Shown here piece after piece: positions 51,312 to 64,000 of a DNA stretch of 64,000 nt. Source of the stretch: a bacterium (GTDB taxonomy: Bacteria; Zhuqueibacterota; Zhuqueibacteria; Residuimicrobiales; Krinioviventaceae). Position 1 is the first letter of the stretch, and the number at the start of each line of letters is the position of its first letter. Below the pieces are notes generated by a model. It searched no databases. It was given only the letters and a program-made list of their open reading frames with translations, and was not told the DNA's origin. Where the stretch lies: the NCBI GenBank assembly GCA_963674595.2, contig CAXXFV010000008.1, positions 192,001 to 256,000 on the forward strand, read 5' to 3'. The translations under genes and the position numbers were made by a program.

Positions 51312-54300
51312 TTGAATTTTATGACGTCACAAAGTTCGGCTTCTCAAAATACAAGATTTAGTTCGATTTATATTGGGTTGTCTTCTCCAGACAAAATTTT
51401 AGAAATGTCGCATGGCGAAGTAACCAAACCGGAAACCATCAACTATCGATCTTTCAAGCCGGAAAAAGATGGTCTTTTTTGTGAAAAAATATTTGGTCCG
51501 GTAAGGGACTGGGAATGTCACTGTGGTAAATACAAACGAATACGTTATAAAGGTATTGTTTGTGACCGCTGTGGTGTTGAAGTGACAATGAAAAGTGTGC
51601 GTCGTGAACGTATGGGACACATTACCCTGGCCGTTCCTGTCGTACATATTTGGTACTGGAAATCACTCCCTTCCAAAACCGGTTATATTCTTGGTATGAG
51701 TATGAAGGATTTGGAGCGTATTATCTACTACGAATCCTATGTTGTGCTCAGACCGGGTAAAAGTGGATATTTATATCAAGACCTGATAAGTGAAGACGAA
51801 TATCTTGATATAACCATGCAAATGGAAGAACTTGAAGCAGATGTTCCTGAAGAAGAACGTTTTAAAGCTGATATCGGTGGACGAGCTATTCTGGAACTTT
51901 TGAAAAATATTGATATTATCAGAATATCAAAAGAACTGCGTCAGGTGGTTAATAATGAAACTTCAGTACAACGAAAAACAGAAGCTTTAAAACGTCTTAA
52001 AGTTATTGAAGCTTTTCGTCGTGCGAATGAACTAAAAGAAAACAGACCCGAATGGATGGTTATGTCTGTTATTCCTGTTATACCACCTGAACTCCGACCT
52101 CTAGTACCTCTTGAAGGTGGTCGGTTTGCAACTTCAGATTTAAATGATTTATACAGACGTGTTATTATTCGTAATAATCGTTTGAAAAAACTGATGGAAA
52201 TTAAAGCTCCTGAAGTTATTCTTCGCAATGAAAAAAGAATGTTGCAGGAAGCTGTGGATTCTCTCTTCGATAACGGTCGAAAATCTTCCGCTGTCAGAAG
52301 CGACGGTAACAGAGCTTTAAAAAGTTTGTCAGACATGTTACGAGGAAAACAAGGTCGTTTTCGCCAAAACTTGTTAGGTAAGAGAATTGACTATTCCGGT
52401 CGTTCTGTTATTGTGGTTGGTCCTGAATTAAGACTTTTCGAGTGTGGACTGCCTAAAGAAATGGCTTTGGAATTATTCAAACCGTTTGTAATTAGGAAAC
52501 TCGTAGAACGAGGATTGGTTAAGACAGTAAAAAGTGCCAAAAAACAGGTTGAGAGAAGAGGCGCTGAAGTTTGGGACATACTCGAGGAGATCATTGAAGA
52601 TCATCCTGTAATGTTAAACCGTGCTCCTACGCTTCACAGGCTTGGTATTCAGGCTTTTCAACCGGTTTTAGTGGAAGGTAAAGCTATTCAAATCCACCCG
52701 CTTGTTTGTGCTGCATTTAATGCAGACTTTGATGGTGATCAGATGGCTGTTCATGTTCCGCTTTCTTTTTATGCCAGGATCGAAACCAAAGTTCTTATGC
52801 TTTCGAGCCATAATATCCTGTCACCGGCTCATGGCCGTCCATTAGCCATACCAAGTCAGGATATTGTTCTTGGTGTTTATTATCTTACAAAGAGAAGAAC
52901 CGGCGCTCTTGGCGATGGTATGATGTTCTCTTCAAGCGATGAAGTAAACATCGCTTATAACGATAATCGTGTTGAATTACATGCGCCCATCCAGGTTCGT
53001 ATTGATGGCAAAATGATCAGTACAACTGTTGGACGTGTTATATTTAATAAAATTCTGCCAAAAGAAATTGGTTATGTTAATGAACTTTTGACAAAAAAAG
53101 CAATAGAAGAACTTATCTCTAATGCTTATGTAAAAATTGGCAACTATCGTACTTCAATCATGCTGGACAGTCTAAAAGAGCTGGGATTTTATTTTGCGAT
53201 GAAATCCGGTGCGACTGTTGGAATTAATGATGTGATAGTACCTGATGAGAAAAATAAATTACTTGATGTTGCCTATAAAAATGTAGATGGCATTCAAAAA
53301 CGGTATGAACGTGGAATTATAACAGACGGTGAACGTTATAACCAGATTATCGATATCTGGACACACACCACCAGTAATGTCGCAGAACGAATGTTTGAGC
53401 GTTTGAAACAGGACCGCCAGGGATTTAATCCAATTTTTATGATGGCCGATTCCGGCGCACGAGGTTCTAAAGAACAGATCAGACAGTTAGCAGGTATGCG
53501 TGGTTTGATGGCTAAACCACAGAAAAAAATGACCGGTTCCATGGGTGAAATTATTGAAAACCCAATTACCGCCAACTTTCGTGAGGGTTTAACGGTGTTG
53601 GAATACTTTATTTCCACACACGGTGCCCGTAAAGGTTTGGCTGATACCGCATTAAAAACTGCTGATGCCGGGTATCTGACACGAAGACTTGTTGATGTTG
53701 CTCAGGATGTTATCATTACAGATCACGACTGTGGCACCATTTTAGGTTTACGGGTTGGTGACCTTAAAGAAGGTGAAGAAATTATCGAATCTATGCAGGA
53801 CCGAATTATTGGTCGTGTTTCTGCTGAAGATGTTTTTGATCCTGAAAGCGGTGATGTTATCATTGAAGCCGGTATGCTTATCGATGAAAAAATCGCTGAG
53901 ACAATTTCACATGCCGGTATAGAAAATGTTATGATTCGCAGTGTTCTAACCTGTGAAGCATCTCGCGGAGTTTGTGGCTTGTGTTATGGACGTAACCTGG
54001 CAACCGGTAAAATGGTTGTTGAAGGTGAAGCTGTGGGTGTTATGGCTGCACAATCAATCGGTGAGCCTGGTACCCAGTTGACATTACGTACATTCCACAT
54101 TGGTGGTACAGCATCTCGTATTGCCGCTCAATCTCAGGTTGCTATTAAACATGACGGAAAACTTGAATGGGACAACCTTAAAGTCGTTGAACGAGAGGAC
54201 GAAACTATAACCCTCGGTCGAAATGGACGTATTAAGGTCCTTGATGAAGATAACCGAATTATTGAACGACTAACAGTTCCCTATGGAGCCAATGTATTGG

Positions 54301-55562
54301 TTAAATCGGATGAACATGTAAAAGCCGGAACTGTTATTTTTAAATGGGATCCTTATTCAGCCAGTATTATTACTGACAAGGCAGGATCCATTCAATTTAA
54401 CGATATTATTGAAAATACAACATACAGAGAAGAACTTGACGAAACCACTGGATTAAAACAGCGTGTGCTTATTGAAACCAGAAGCAGAAATCTAAGTCCT
54501 TCAATTAGTGTTATGGATGAAAATGGTAATGTGGCGTCGAATTATGTTATACCTGTTGGTGCTCACCTTCAAGTAGCTAATGGCGCTAAAGTTGTAGCCG
54601 GTGATTCTCTGGTCAAGATTCCCAGAGAAATTGCCAAAACCAGAGATATTACAGGTGGTTTACCGCGAGTTGCCGAACTCTTTGAAGCACGACGACCAAA
54701 AGAACCGGCTGTTGTTAGTGAAATTGATGGTATTGTACACTTTGGTGAAATTAAAAGAGGTGTACGTAAAATTTCTGTTACCTCTGAAGACGGACATGAT
54801 GAAAAGAGTTATTTGATACCTTATGGTAAGCATGTTCTTGTTCATGACGGAGATTTCGTACATGCCGGTGAAAAATTATCCGAAGGTGCTGTTGCACCAC
54901 ATGATATATTGGCTATTATGGGTGCCAACAAAGTCCAGGAATATCTTGTAAATGAAATACAAGAAGTTTACCGACTTCAGGGTGTGCGAATTAATGACAA
55001 GCACATCGAAGTTATTGTACGACAAATGTTGCAAAAGGTAAAAATTGAAAATGCAGGTGACACCATCTATCTGGAAGGTGACCAGGTTGACAGACTTCAG
55101 TTTTTACAGGAAAATGAAAAAATAAGAAACTGTGTGGTTATAACTGAAAAAGGTGCTTCGAAATATCGTGAAGCCCAGCTAGTAGAATCAGATGAATTTA
55201 GAGAAACAGTTGCAAAACTAGAATCTAAAGAAAAAGATGTTCCACAAGCCAGACCTGCACAGCCGGCAACATTTCAGCCGTTATTGTTAGGAATTACAAA
55301 AGCTTCTCTTACAACTGAAAGCTTCATTTCTGCCGCATCCTTCCAGGAGACAACACGAGTTCTGACAGATGCATCGGTTGAAGGTAAAATCGATTATCTG
55401 CACGGACTTAAAGAAAATGTTGTTATGGGAAATCTAATTCCTGCCGGAACCGGATTAACTAAATTTAAAGAAATGCGTGTTACCGGACCTGAACTGGAAG
55501 CAGAACTGGACCTGATTGAAGATGAAATTGAAGAAGAAGATTTTGATTTAGATGATATTTAA
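51312..55562 (+). CDS. rpoC: RNA polymerase subunit beta-prime
   Basis: Zn-finger CHCGKY..CDRC, NADFDGD and TQLTLRTFH, followed by a large trigger-loop (SI3-type) insertion. Confidence 0.99.
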   Translation: MNFMTSQSSASQNTRFSSIYIGLSSPDKILEMSHGEVTKPETINYRSFKPEKDGLFCEKIFGPVRDWECHCGKYKRIRYKGIVCDRCGVEVTMKSVRRERMGHITLAVPVVHIWYWKSLPSKTGYILGMSMKDLERIIYYESYVVLRPGKSGYLYQDLISEDEYLDITMQMEELEADVPEEERFKADIGGRAILELLKNIDIIRISKELRQVVNNETSVQRKTEALKRLKVIEAFRRANELKENRPEWMVMSVIPVIPPELRPLVPLEGGRFATSDLNDLYRRVIIRNNRLKKLMEIKAPEVILRNEKRMLQEAVDSLFDNGRKSSAVRSDGNRALKSLSDMLRGKQGRFRQNLLGKRIDYSGRSVIVVGPELRLFECGLPKEMALELFKPFVIRKLVERGLVKTVKSAKKQVERRGAEVWDILEEIIEDHPVMLNRAPTLHRLGIQAFQPVLVEGKAIQIHPLVCAAFNADFDGDQMAVHVPLSFYARIETKVLMLSSHNILSPAHGRPLAIPSQDIVLGVYYLTKRRTGALGDGMMFSSSDEVNIAYNDNRVELHAPIQVRIDGKMISTTVGRVIFNKILPKEIGYVNELLTKKAIEELISNAYVKIGNYRTSIMLDSLKELGFYFAMKSGATVGINDVIVPDEKNKLLDVAYKNVDGIQKRYERGIITDGERYNQIIDIWTHTTSNVAERMFERLKQDRQGFNPIFMMADSGARGSKEQIRQLAGMRGLMAKPQKKMTGSMGEIIENPITANFREGLTVLEYFISTHGARKGLADTALKTADAGYLTRRLVDVAQDVIITDHDCGTILGLRVGDLKEGEEIIESMQDRIIGRVSAEDVFDPESGDVIIEAGMLIDEKIAETISHAGIENVMIRSVLTCEASRGVCGLCYGRNLATGKMVVEGEAVGVMAAQSIGEPGTQLTLRTFHIGGTASRIAAQSQVAIKHDGKLEWDNLKVVEREDETITLGRNGRIKVLDEDNRIIERLTVPYGANVLVKSDEHVKAGTVIFKWDPYSASIITDKAGSIQFNDIIENTTYREELDETTGLKQRVLIETRSRNLSPSISVMDENGNVASNYVIPVGAHLQVANGAKVVAGDSLVKIPREIAKTRDITGGLPRVAELFEARRPKEPAVVSEIDGIVHFGEIKRGVRKISVTSEDGHDEKSYLIPYGKHVLVHDGDFVHAGEKLSEGAVAPHDILAIMGANKVQEYLVNEIQEVYRLQGVRINDKHIEVIVRQMLQKVKIENAGDTIYLEGDQVDRLQFLQENEKIRNCVVITEKGASKYREAQLVESDEFRETVAKLESKEKDVPQARPAQPATFQPLLLGITKASLTTESFISAASFQETTRVLTDASVEGKIDYLHGLKENVVMGNLIPAGTGLTKFKEMRVTGPELEAELDLIEDEIEEEDFDLDDI

Positions 55563-55573
55563 TAAAAAAAGAC

Positions 55574-55602
55574 TTGATATTTTAAAAAATATTTTTTATC
55601 TT
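55574..55602 (+). promoter_or_regulatory. Putative str-operon promoter
   Basis: TTGATA-17 nt-TATCTT upstream of the rpsL SD. Confidence 0.5.
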
Positions 55603-55630
55603 TATAAGCTTTGGAATTAAGGAGGAATTT

Positions 55631-55999
55631 GTGCCCACATTAAACCAATTAGTTAGACATGGCCGGAAAAAAGTTACAAAAAAAGGTACTGCTCCGGCGT
55701 TGGCCGGGTCGCCGCAAAGACGAGGCGTTTGTACCCGTGTCTATACAACAACACCAAAAAAACCAAACTCTGCGCTCCGTAAAGTAGCTCGTGTGCGTTT
55801 GACTAATGGTTTTGAGGTAACGGCTTATATACCTGGTGAAGGGCATAATTTACAAGAGCACTCTATTGTTTTGATTAGAGGTGGTCGTGTTAAAGATCTT
55901 CCTGGTGTTCGTTATCACATCGTACGTGGTGTGTTGGATACCAGTGGTGTTCAGGATCGTAAACGCGGTCGATCAAAATATGGTGCAAAAAACAAGTAA
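55631..55999 (+). CDS. rpsL: 30S ribosomal protein S12
   Basis: [13 protein letters not shown] and [10 protein letters not shown]. Confidence 0.99.
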   Translation: MPTLNQLVRHGRKKVTKKGTAPALAGSPQRRGVCTRVYTTTPKKPNSALRKVARVRLTNGFEVTAYIPGEGHNLQEHSIVLIRGGRVKDLPGVRYHIVRGVLDTSGVQDRKRGRSKYGAKNK

Positions 56000-56033
56000 A
56001 CTGTGAATATTTATTAAGTTATTGAGATTATAA

Positions 56034-56504
<471 letters not shown>

Positions 56505-56518
56505 ATAAAGATTTTTAT

Positions 56519-56647
56519 ATTGCCGGTCTTGCAGTCTAACTCCAATCAAATGAAGCTTAAAGACAGCTTGGCTGGAAAGTAGATGTTAAGAACTGGCACA
56601 ATGAAAACTGATAGATTACAAGTAGAAGCTACTTGGTAGAGTCGGTT
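56519..56647 (+). other. Structured intergenic RNA candidate (two long hairpins) between rpsG and fusA
   Basis: TGCCGGTCTTGCAGTCTA pairs with TAGATGTTAAGAACTGGCA, with inner TCCA/TGGA and AAGCT/AGCTT. Second hairpin: AACTGAT/GTCGGTT enclosing CAAGTAG/CTACTTG. Confidence 0.55.
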
Positions 56648-56702
56648 GAGTGTTGTGTCAAATTCTTAAACTTTCAATCGATTTTAACAAGTGGCTTTTT
56701 TT

Positions 56703-58787
56703 ATGTCTAAACCAGTAGAACTGGAAAAAACGCGAAATATCGGCATTATGGCTCACATAGATGCCGGCAAGACTACGACAACAGAGCGTATTCTGTTCTA
56801 TACTGGTATAGTGCATCGTATTGGCGAGGTGGATGAAGGTGCTGCAACTATGGATTGGATGCAGCAGGAAAAAGAGCGTGGAATTACTATTACGTCTGCC
56901 GCCATTACAGCCTCTTGGAAGAAATATCGAATTAATATTATTGATACACCCGGACATGTTGATTTTACGGCAGAAGTTGAAAGGTCTCTTAGAGTTCTTG
57001 ATGGTGCTGTAGCAATTTTTTGTGCAGTAGGAGGTGTTGAGCCTCAATCAGAAACTGTTTGGAGGCAAGCTGATAAATACCATGTGCCCAGAATTGCAAT
57101 CATTAACAAGATGGATCGAATTGGTGCTGATTTTTATGCAGCGGTTGAGTCTATTCGTAAGAAGCTGGGCGCCAGGCCTGTTCCTATACAACTGCCTGTT
57201 GGAGCATCTGACACTTTTTCAGGAATTATTGATTTAATAAAAATGAAAATGTTGGTGTTTAATGATGCTGAGTTGGGAGCAACGTGGGAAGAAGTTGATA
57301 TCCCTGGTAATATGGCCGAACAAGCGGATTTATATAGAAATAAACTTGTTGAGCAAGTTTCCGATTTTGATGATATAGTTTTAGAAAAATTTATCGGCGG
57401 TGAGCCGGTAACTGAGGAAGATATTCACCGTGGTCTCAGGGCGGGTACATTAAAGAATGAAATTGTCCCGATTCTGTGTGGTTCGGCTGTCAAGAATAAA
57501 GGTGTACAGCAACTGTTAGATGCTATCATCAATTATTTGCCCAGTCCAACAGACGTACCGGCTATAGAAGGACAAAATCCTTATACCGAAAAGACTGAAA
57601 AAAGAGAAGCCAAGCCGGATGAGCCCTTTGCAGCGCTTGCTTTTAAAATTGCAAGCGATGTTTATGTTGGCAAGTTGACATATATCAGAGTATACTCTGG
57701 CACACTGGAAGCTGGTGAAACAGCACTTAATATGACGTCTGGCAAGAGAGAGAGATTCGGAAGAATTTTGCAGATGTCATCAAATAAAAAGCAGGATATA
57801 CCGAAAATTTCTGCTGGAGATATTGTCGCCGTTGTAGGCCTTCGAGAAACCAAAACAGGCGATACTTTATGCGATCCAAAACATCAAATTGTTTTGGAAG
57901 ATATGGAGTTTCCTGTACCGGTTATATCTGTTGCCATTGAAGCAAAATCAAAAGCAGATGAAGACAGATTAGTAAATTCTCTTGAAATGCTTGCCAGTGA
58001 AGATCCTACGTTTCAGTTTTCTACAGACCCTGAAACAGGTCAAATGATTATTTCCGGTATGGGTGAGCTTCATTTGGATATTCTCGTTGACAGGTTGATG
58101 AGAGAGTTTAAAGTAAAGGCAAATGTTGGTCAACAACAGGTTGCCTATCGTGAAACGATAACAGAATCATCTGTAAGTGAGATTAAATTTGTTCGCCAAA
58201 CAGGCGGTAAAGGGCAATATGCTCATATAATAGTAGAATTTGAACCAACTGAACCTGGAAAAATTTTCGAATTTGAGAGTAAAATTAAAAACGGATCCAT
58301 TCCACGAGAATTTATTAAACCTGTTCAGGATGGTATTAAAGAAGGAATGGTTAGCGGTTCAATTGCAGGATTTCCGGTTATTGATATTAAAGCTACATTA
58401 ATTGATGGCTCATATCATGACGTTGATTCAACAGAATTGAGTTTTAAAATTGCCGGTTCAATGGCTATTCAGGATATTCTTCGTAAAGCAAAACCTATCT
58501 TGATGGAACCGATGATGGATTTGGAAGTTTTGACCCCTGAAGAGTATTTTGGTGCCATTTTAACCGACTTGGCCGCTCGAAGGGCCAAAGTTGAAGGACA
58601 TGAAAAGAAAAAAGATACCCAGCTAATTAAAGCGACAGTACCATTATCCGAGATGTTCGGATATGCAACCGGCCTTCGTAACACTTCTCAAGGCAGAGCA
58701 GTATTTTCAATGCAGTTTCAAAAATATACCAGAGTCAGTGAAGATATTGCTAAAAAGTTGCTCGAGAAAATGGGCTTAGCAGCATAG
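56703..58787 (+). CDS. fusA: Elongation factor G
   Basis: [30 protein letters not shown] and DGSYHDVDS. Start is probably ATG 56703 (the track uses GTG 56691). Confidence 0.97.
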   Translation: MSKPVELEKTRNIGIMAHIDAGKTTTTERILFYTGIVHRIGEVDEGAATMDWMQQEKERGITITSAAITASWKKYRINIIDTPGHVDFTAEVERSLRVLDGAVAIFCAVGGVEPQSETVWRQADKYHVPRIAIINKMDRIGADFYAAVESIRKKLGARPVPIQLPVGASDTFSGIIDLIKMKMLVFNDAELGATWEEVDIPGNMAEQADLYRNKLVEQVSDFDDIVLEKFIGGEPVTEEDIHRGLRAGTLKNEIVPILCGSAVKNKGVQQLLDAIINYLPSPTDVPAIEGQNPYTEKTEKREAKPDEPFAALAFKIASDVYVGKLTYIRVYSGTLEAGETALNMTSGKRERFGRILQMSSNKKQDIPKISAGDIVAVVGLRETKTGDTLCDPKHQIVLEDMEFPVPVISVAIEAKSKADEDRLVNSLEMLASEDPTFQFSTDPETGQMIISGMGELHLDILVDRLMREFKVKANVGQQQVAYRETITESSVSEIKFVRQTGGKGQYAHIIVEFEPTEPGKIFEFESKIKNGSIPREFIKPVQDGIKEGMVSGSIAGFPVIDIKATLIDGSYHDVDSTELSFKIAGSMAIQDILRKAKPILMEPMMDLEVLTPEEYFGAILTDLAARRAKVEGHEKKKDTQLIKATVPLSEMFGYATGLRNTSQGRAVFSMQFQKYTRVSEDIAKKLLEKMGLAA

Positions 58788-58829
58788 TAAGGTTATAAGT
58801 TTAGTGTTTATTAAGTAAGGAGAAAAATC

Positions 58830-60032
58830 ATGGCAAAGGCAAAGTTTGAGCGAACTAAGCCTCATGTGAACATAGGAACAATAGGTCACGTTGATCACGG
58901 CAAAACGACCTTGACAGCTGCAATGACAATGTTTTTGTCAAGCAAGGGTCAGGCGTCAGTAAAAAAGTATGATGAAATCGACAATGCGCCTGAAGAAAAG
59001 GCCCGAGGCATAACGATAAATACGGCACACGTGGAATATGAAACAGATGCACGCCACTATGCGCACGTAGACTGTCCGGGACATGCTGATTATATTAAAA
59101 ACATGATCACTGGAGCTGCGCAGATGGATGGAGCTGTATTGGTAGTATCTGCAGCAGACGGTCCGATGCCACAGACCCGTGAGCACATATTGCTGGCCCG
59201 TCAGGTGAATGTACCTTCTATTGTTGTGTTTATGAACAAAACAGACCAGGTAGATGATCCTGAATTGTTGGAATTGGTAGAGTTGGAAGTTCGTGAACTG
59301 TTGAGTCAGTATGAATTTCCTGGTGATGAGATTCCAATCGTTAAAGGTAGTGCTTTGGTAGCAATGGAAAAAGGTTTAGCCGGCTCATTGGAAGGTGAAG
59401 AATGGACTCCGATCAAGGAGTTGTTGGATGCGATTGATTCTTATATCCCGACACCAACCCGTGACACAGACAAGCCGTTTTTAATGCCTGTTGAAGATGT
59501 TTTCTCGATTACCGGTCGTGGAACAGTAGGAACCGGAAGAATTGAAAGAGGTATGGTCCATACTGGTGATGAAGTTGAGATCGTAGGACTTGGAGTACAC
59601 CGTAAATCAGTTTGTACCGGCGTAGAGATGTTCCGCAAGATATTGGACGAAGGTCAGGCCGGAGACAATGTAGGTTTATTGTTACGAGGTGTAGACAAGA
59701 CAGAGTTGGAGCGTGGACAGGTTATATCTAAGCCAGGCTCAATTACACCGCACACCAAGTTTGAAGGTGAAGTATACGTCCTGAGTAAAGAAGAAGGTGG
59801 TCGACACACCCCGTTTTTTAATGGCTATCGTCCACAGTTTTACTTTAGAACGACGGATGTAACAGGTAAAGTAGATTTACCTGAAGGAATAGAGATGGTA
59901 ATGCCCGGCGACAATGTAACGGTTACCGGCGAATTGATAACCCCGATAGCAATGGAAGAGGGATTACGATTCGCAATTCGAGAAGGTGGCCGAACAGTTG
60001 GTGCTGGTGTTGTAACTAAAGTTATCGAATAG
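58830..60032 (+). CDS. tuf: Elongation factor Tu, copy 2
   Basis: Protein is identical to copy 1. Confidence 0.99.
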   Translation: MAKAKFERTKPHVNIGTIGHVDHGKTTLTAAMTMFLSSKGQASVKKYDEIDNAPEEKARGITINTAHVEYETDARHYAHVDCPGHADYIKNMITGAAQMDGAVLVVSAADGPMPQTREHILLARQVNVPSIVVFMNKTDQVDDPELLELVELEVRELLSQYEFPGDEIPIVKGSALVAMEKGLAGSLEGEEWTPIKELLDAIDSYIPTPTRDTDKPFLMPVEDVFSITGRGTVGTGRIERGMVHTGDEVEIVGLGVHRKSVCTGVEMFRKILDEGQAGDNVGLLLRGVDKTELERGQVISKPGSITPHTKFEGEVYVLSKEEGGRHTPFFNGYRPQFYFRTTDVTGKVDLPEGIEMVMPGDNVTVTGELITPIAMEEGLRFAIREGGRTVGAGVVTKVIE

Positions 60033-60074
60033 TATTTTTTGAATAAATAGAATAACGACATTTGGAGTATATTA

Positions 60075-60383
60075 ATGGCGGGCCAAAAAATTAGAATCAA
60101 ATTAAAGGCTTACGATCATCGGCTGATTGACAAATCTACTGAAAAGATTATTAAAACAGCAAAGCAGACTGGTGCTATGATTTCCGGACCCATTCCGCTA
60201 CCGACTAGACGGTCTGTTTACACTGTTCTCAAATCTCCGCATGTAGATAAAAAGTCCAGAGAGCAGTTTGAAACACGAATTCACAAAAGACTAGTTGATA
60301 TTCTCAACTCTTCTCCTAAAACGGTTGATGCATTAATGAAGCTTGAATTGCCTGCTGGTGTTGATGTTGAAATCAAAGTCTGA
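60075..60383 (+). CDS. rpsJ: 30S ribosomal protein S10
   Basis: [17 protein letters not shown] and [13 protein letters not shown]. Confidence 0.99.
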   Translation: MAGQKIRIKLKAYDHRLIDKSTEKIIKTAKQTGAMISGPIPLPTRRSVYTVLKSPHVDKKSREQFETRIHKRLVDILNSSPKTVDALMKLELPAGVDVEIKV

Positions 60384-60434
60384 TAATCAATTCAACATTA
60401 TCAAAATGGTATAATATAATTTTCTGGAAAAACA

Positions 60435-61055
60435 ATGCTCGGTATAATTGGAAAAAAAATTGGTATGACTCGAATATTCGATGAAAGCGGAAATTCAATT
60501 CCCGTTACAGCCATCGAAGCGGGTCCCTGTTATATAACACAGGTTAAAACCACAGAGACTGACGGTTATGAGTCTGTTCAAATGGGATTTGGTGACAAAA
60601 AAGAAAAACTGGCTACCAAAGCCCAGATAGGACATGCTGCAAAAGCAGGACTAAAACCCTTTAGAGTTTTAAAAGAATTTAAAAGTTTTGAGAGTAACCA
60701 AGAAATTAAAATTGGTTCAGAAATCAAAGCCGACATTTTTAAAATTGGTGATGTTGTCAGCGTTTCAGGCATCACAAAGGGTAAAGGTTTTGCCGGAGTT
60801 GTAAAAAGATACAACTTTGGTGGCGGACCCAAAACACACGGACAAAGTGACCGATTAAGAGCACCAGGTTCTATTGGTCAATCATCCTGGCCTTCTAAAG
60901 TTTTTAAAGGCTTAAAGATGGCTGGTAGAATGGGTGGTAAGAAAAATACAACTCGTGGTTTAAAAATTGTTAGTGTAGATGCTGAGAACAATATTCTGTT
61001 AATAAAAGGCGCTGTCCCTGGAGCTAAAAACGGGACAATTATCATAAGAAAGTAG
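60435..61055 (+). CDS. rplC: 50S ribosomal protein L3
   Basis: GKKIGMT, KGKGFAGVVKR, RAPGSIG and KGAVPG. Confidence 0.99.
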   Translation: MLGIIGKKIGMTRIFDESGNSIPVTAIEAGPCYITQVKTTETDGYESVQMGFGDKKEKLATKAQIGHAAKAGLKPFRVLKEFKSFESNQEIKIGSEIKADIFKIGDVVSVSGITKGKGFAGVVKRYNFGGGPKTHGQSDRLRAPGSIGQSSWPSKVFKGLKMAGRMGGKKNTTRGLKIVSVDAENNILLIKGAVPGAKNGTIIIRK

Positions 61056-61061
61056 ATTGTT

Positions 61062-61691
61062 ATGGAATTTGAAGTCTATACAAAAGAAGGCGTTACCTCC
61101 GGAAGAAAGATAAATGTTTCTGATGCAATTTTCGGAGCAGACGTAAACGAACATGCAGTCTATTTAGCCGTGCAGGCACAGCGAACAAACTCGCGTCAAG
61201 GAACAGCGGCTACAAAGACTCGCAGTTTTGTTTCCGGTGGTGGAAAAAAACCTTGGAAACAAAAGGGTCGTGGTACAGCGAGATCAGGATCCTCCAGATC
61301 ACCCGTATGGGTTGGTGGAGGAACAGCACATGGTCCGCAGCCTCGCTCATACAATTTTAAATTACCTAGAAAGGTGAAAAAACTTGCTCGAATTTCTGTG
61401 TTATCTTCAAAAACAAAAGATGAGCAGGTAAGAATAGTTGAAGATTTTTCATTGGAAAATGCTAAAACAAAAGAAGTATTTAATGTTTTGAAAAGTTTTG
61501 GTGTTGATAACGAAAAATCATTAATACTAATATCCGAATACAATCAGAATATCTTGTTGGCGAGTCGAAATATTAAAAATCTCAAAATCGCGATAGCACA
61601 AGACGCTTCAACTTATGATTTGTTGGATTGCAAATCCATAATCATTTTTGAGGGTGCTGTTAAAAAGTTAGAAGGTATATTGGTATCATGA
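61062..61691 (+). CDS. rplD: 50S ribosomal protein L4
   Basis: RQGT, GGGKKPWKQKGRGTARSGS and GGGTAHGP. Confidence 0.99.
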   Translation: MEFEVYTKEGVTSGRKINVSDAIFGADVNEHAVYLAVQAQRTNSRQGTAATKTRSFVSGGGKKPWKQKGRGTARSGSSRSPVWVGGGTAHGPQPRSYNFKLPRKVKKLARISVLSSKTKDEQVRIVEDFSLENAKTKEVFNVLKSFGVDNEKSLILISEYNQNILLASRNIKNLKIAIAQDASTYDLLDCKSIIIFEGAVKKLEGILVS

Positions 61692-61999
61692 AAAAAGAAC
61701 GTGAAATATTAATAAGACCCATACTGACAGAAAAAATGTTAAAAATGCAGGAAAGTGAAGCTTGCTACGCATTTGTTGTCAATAAAGAAGCAAATAAAAT
61801 TGAGATTAAATCTGCTGTAGAAAAAAAGTTTGACGTCTCTGTAGACAGTGTTCGCACAGTATTTGTTAAAGGTAAAACCAAACGCATGAACACAAAGCGA
61901 GGATTAACCCGTGGTAAAAGAGCCGATTGGAAAAAAGCAATTATAACTCTGCGAAGCGGTGATACTATTGACTTTTTCTCAGAATCATCTGGCTCATAA
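61688..61999 (+). CDS. rplW: 50S ribosomal protein L23
   Basis: PILTEK, ANKIEIKSAVE and WKKAIITL. Confidence 0.98.
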   Translation: MKKEREILIRPILTEKMLKMQESEACYAFVVNKEANKIEIKSAVEKKFDVSVDSVRTVFVKGKTKRMNTKRGLTRGKRADWKKAIITLRSGDTIDFFSESSGS

Positions 62000-62022
62000 A
62001 ACGGGTACGAGGAGAATAAACG

Positions 62023-62847
62023 ATGGCGTTAAAAACATTTAAACCTACCACTCCCGGACAGCGGTTCAAAACGGTTAACTCGTTTGCAGAGATAACTGAT
62101 AACAATGTTGTTTCGTCCCTGGTTGTATCATCTTCAAAATCCGGCGGTCGTAACAACGTAGGACGAGTAACCGCACGGCGTAGAGGTGGTGGTCATAAAA
62201 GACTTTATCGGATTATCGATTTTAAAAGAAATAAATTGGAAGTTCCAGCCAAGGTTGCGTCCATACAATATGATCCTAACAGAAGTGCCTTCATTGCATT
62301 GTTAAACTATGTTGATGGAGAAAAACGATACATACTTGCACCTTTGGGATTAAAAGTTGGCGATCAGGTTTTATCTGGTGAAGCACCGGATATTCGAGTT
62401 GGAAATGCAATGCCATTAGCAAAAATACCTCTTGGTACTGTTATCCATAACATCGAACTTAAAGTCGGTAAAGGTGGCCAAATTGCAAGAGGCGCTGGTT
62501 CTTATGCACAATTAATGGCTAAAGAAGGTAATTATGCACAAATAAAACTACCTTCCGGTGAAGTAAGAATGGTAAGAATTGAATGTCGTGCTACAATCGG
62601 TCAAGTAGGTAATACTGATCATGAAAACATCAGTATAGGAAAAGCAGGCCGTGCACGATGGCTGGGCCGCCGACCCAAAGTCCGCGGTGTTGCAATGAAC
62701 CCGGTCGATCACCCAATGGGTGGTGGTGAAGGAAAAAGTTCTGGTGGAAGACACCCCTGTACACCATGGGGTAAACCGACAAAAGGTTACAAGACCAGAA
62801 AAGCTAAACCATCAGATAAATTTATTGTTAAACGTAGAAACAAGTAG
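62023..62847 (+). CDS. rplB: 50S ribosomal protein L2
   Basis: GGGHKR, YDPNRSA and [17 protein letters not shown]. Confidence 0.99.
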   Translation: MALKTFKPTTPGQRFKTVNSFAEITDNNVVSSLVVSSSKSGGRNNVGRVTARRRGGGHKRLYRIIDFKRNKLEVPAKVASIQYDPNRSAFIALLNYVDGEKRYILAPLGLKVGDQVLSGEAPDIRVGNAMPLAKIPLGTVIHNIELKVGKGGQIARGAGSYAQLMAKEGNYAQIKLPSGEVRMVRIECRATIGQVGNTDHENISIGKAGRARWLGRRPKVRGVAMNPVDHPMGGGEGKSSGGRHPCTPWGKPTKGYKTRKAKPSDKFIVKRRNK

Positions 62848-62859
62848 GAATATTAAATT

Positions 62860-63123
62860 ATGGCACGCTCTGTAAAAAAAGGTCCATATATAGATGAAAA
62901 ACTTTTTAACAAGGTTGAAGAGCTAAACAAAGGTAACCAAAAAAAGGTTGTCAAAACGTGGGCTCGTCGATCGACTATTCCACCGGAATTTATTGGACAC
63001 ACACTAGCTGTACATAATGGGAACAAATTTATTCCTGTTTTTATTAATGAAAACATGGTTGGGCACAAGCTCGGTGAATTTGCACCAACGCGTACCTATC
63101 GTGGCCATGTAAATAAAAAGTAG
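62860..63123 (+). CDS. rpsS: 30S ribosomal protein S19
   Basis: RSVKKGP and [13 protein letters not shown]. Confidence 0.99.
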   Translation: MARSVKKGPYIDEKLFNKVEELNKGNQKKVVKTWARRSTIPPEFIGHTLAVHNGNKFIPVFINENMVGHKLGEFAPTRTYRGHVNKK

Positions 63124-63178
63124 TTTTTAAAAGATGAAACGTGCAAGTTACAAAATTTTGAATTTGGAGAAATTCTAA

Positions 63179-63526
63179 ATGGAAGCAAAGGCGATCGCAA
63201 AATGGGTGAGAGTTTCCCCTTTTAAAGTTAGAAGAGTCGCTAATTTGGTTCGAGGTAAAGTCGTAAGCGATGCCTTAAACATCCTGCACTTTAATACGGC
63301 ACTTGCTTCGGAACCAATAGAAAAAGCACTTAGATCGGCTGTAGCGAATATGATGAATAGCGATGAAGCATCCAAAGTTACGCCGGAAGATCTCTTCGTT
63401 AAAGAGTTAAAAGTTGATGGTGGTTTTATGTTAAAACGATTTCGAGCCGCCTCAATGGGAAGAGCTTCGCGTATTCGTAAAAGAACTTGTCATATCACAA
63501 TTACAGTTGCTGAGAATAAAGATTAA
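63179..63526 (+). CDS. rplV: 50S ribosomal protein L22
   Basis: RVSPFKVR, SAVAN and IRKRTCHIT. Confidence 0.98.
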   Translation: MEAKAIAKWVRVSPFKVRRVANLVRGKVVSDALNILHFNTALASEPIEKALRSAVANMMNSDEASKVTPEDLFVKELKVDGGFMLKRFRAASMGRASRIRKRTCHITITVAENKD

Positions 63527-63548
63527 GCATTTAGTATAGGAGATTAGT

Positions 63549-64000
63549 TTGGGACAAAAAACAAATCCTACTGGTTTTCGTGTTGGAGTTATAAAAAGTT
63601 GGGACTCCAAGTGGTTTGATGAAAAAGATTTTAGCAAAAAACTTGAAGAAGATATCATGTTAAGACGATATGTTCATAACAGGTTACAGCGAGCCAGTAT
63701 TTCTAAAGTTGAAATTGAACGAACTCCCAAAAAGATAACTCTGACCATTCATACTGCAAGGCCTGGAATCGTTATTGGACGTAAGGGTTCTGAAGTTGAC
63801 AAGTTGAGAGAAGAGTTGCAGAGAGTCACCGGGCAAGATGTTCAATTGAATATTAATGAAATAAAGCGCCCGGAACTAGATGCTTATCTTGTTGCTTCAA
63901 ACGTTGCAAGTCAACTAGAAGGAAAAGTTTCATTTCGAAGAGCTATGAAAAAAGCCATCATGTCTGCAATGCGTATGGGTGCAGAAGGTATTCGTATCAC
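63549..64000 (+). CDS. rpsC: 30S ribosomal protein S3, 3'-truncated by the window edge
   Basis: Absent from the ORF track. TTG start after SD AGGAG gives MGQKTNPTGFRVGV...HTARPGIVIGRKG...SFRRAMKK. Confidence 0.97.
   Translation, partial: MGQKTNPTGFRVGVIKSWDSKWFDEKDFSKKLEEDIMLRRYVHNRLQRASISKVEIERTPKKITLTIHTARPGIVIGRKGSEVDKLREELQRVTGQDVQLNINEIKRPELDAYLVASNVASQLEGKVSFRRAMKKAIMSAMRMGAEGIRI

Noticed and set aside
56519-56647. rpsG-fusA hairpins as SRP RNA, 6S RNA or tRNA
   Set aside because: No SRP domain IV motif, no cloverleaf and no single 6S-like rod with a central bubble. Kept only as an unknown structure.

Overview
Low-GC bacterial chromosome segment, probably from an anaerobe-like FCB-related lineage such as KSB1 or Calditrichota (an inference from gene content and order, not verified). 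Bases 1-21.8 kb are an accessory carbohydrate and metabolic region: partial trehalose-6-phosphate synthase, a frameshifted SSS sugar transporter, an exported sugar-isomerase-like protein with two MFS transporters, a GH13 pullulanase, an ADH/M20/anSME/NagA/GATase cluster, an orphan response regulator, a membrane gene split at an A9 tract, a GH-like lipoprotein and kdgK-eda. Bases 21.9-34.6 kb form one tight 10-gene minus-strand operon with a near-consensus promoter and a terminator: TPR protein, Re-citrate synthase-like enzyme, a gamma-glutamylcyclotransferase fused to a probable glutamine-synthetase-fold ligase, a standalone RsbRD_N/globin-like protein, isocitrate dehydrogenase-like enzyme, LutABC, aconitase A and an Ldh_2 dehydrogenase. 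This operon is the best candidate for an undescribed system. Bases 34.7-64 kb are core housekeeping: yebC-ruvCAB-queA-ispDF-cysS, five tRNAs, tuf-rpmG-secE-nusG-rplKAJL-rpoBC-rpsLG-fusA-tuf and the start of the S10 operon, with a structured ~200-nt spacer before fusA. No CRISPR array, rRNA or transposase was seen. All family calls come from motif recognition by eye; no database searches were run.
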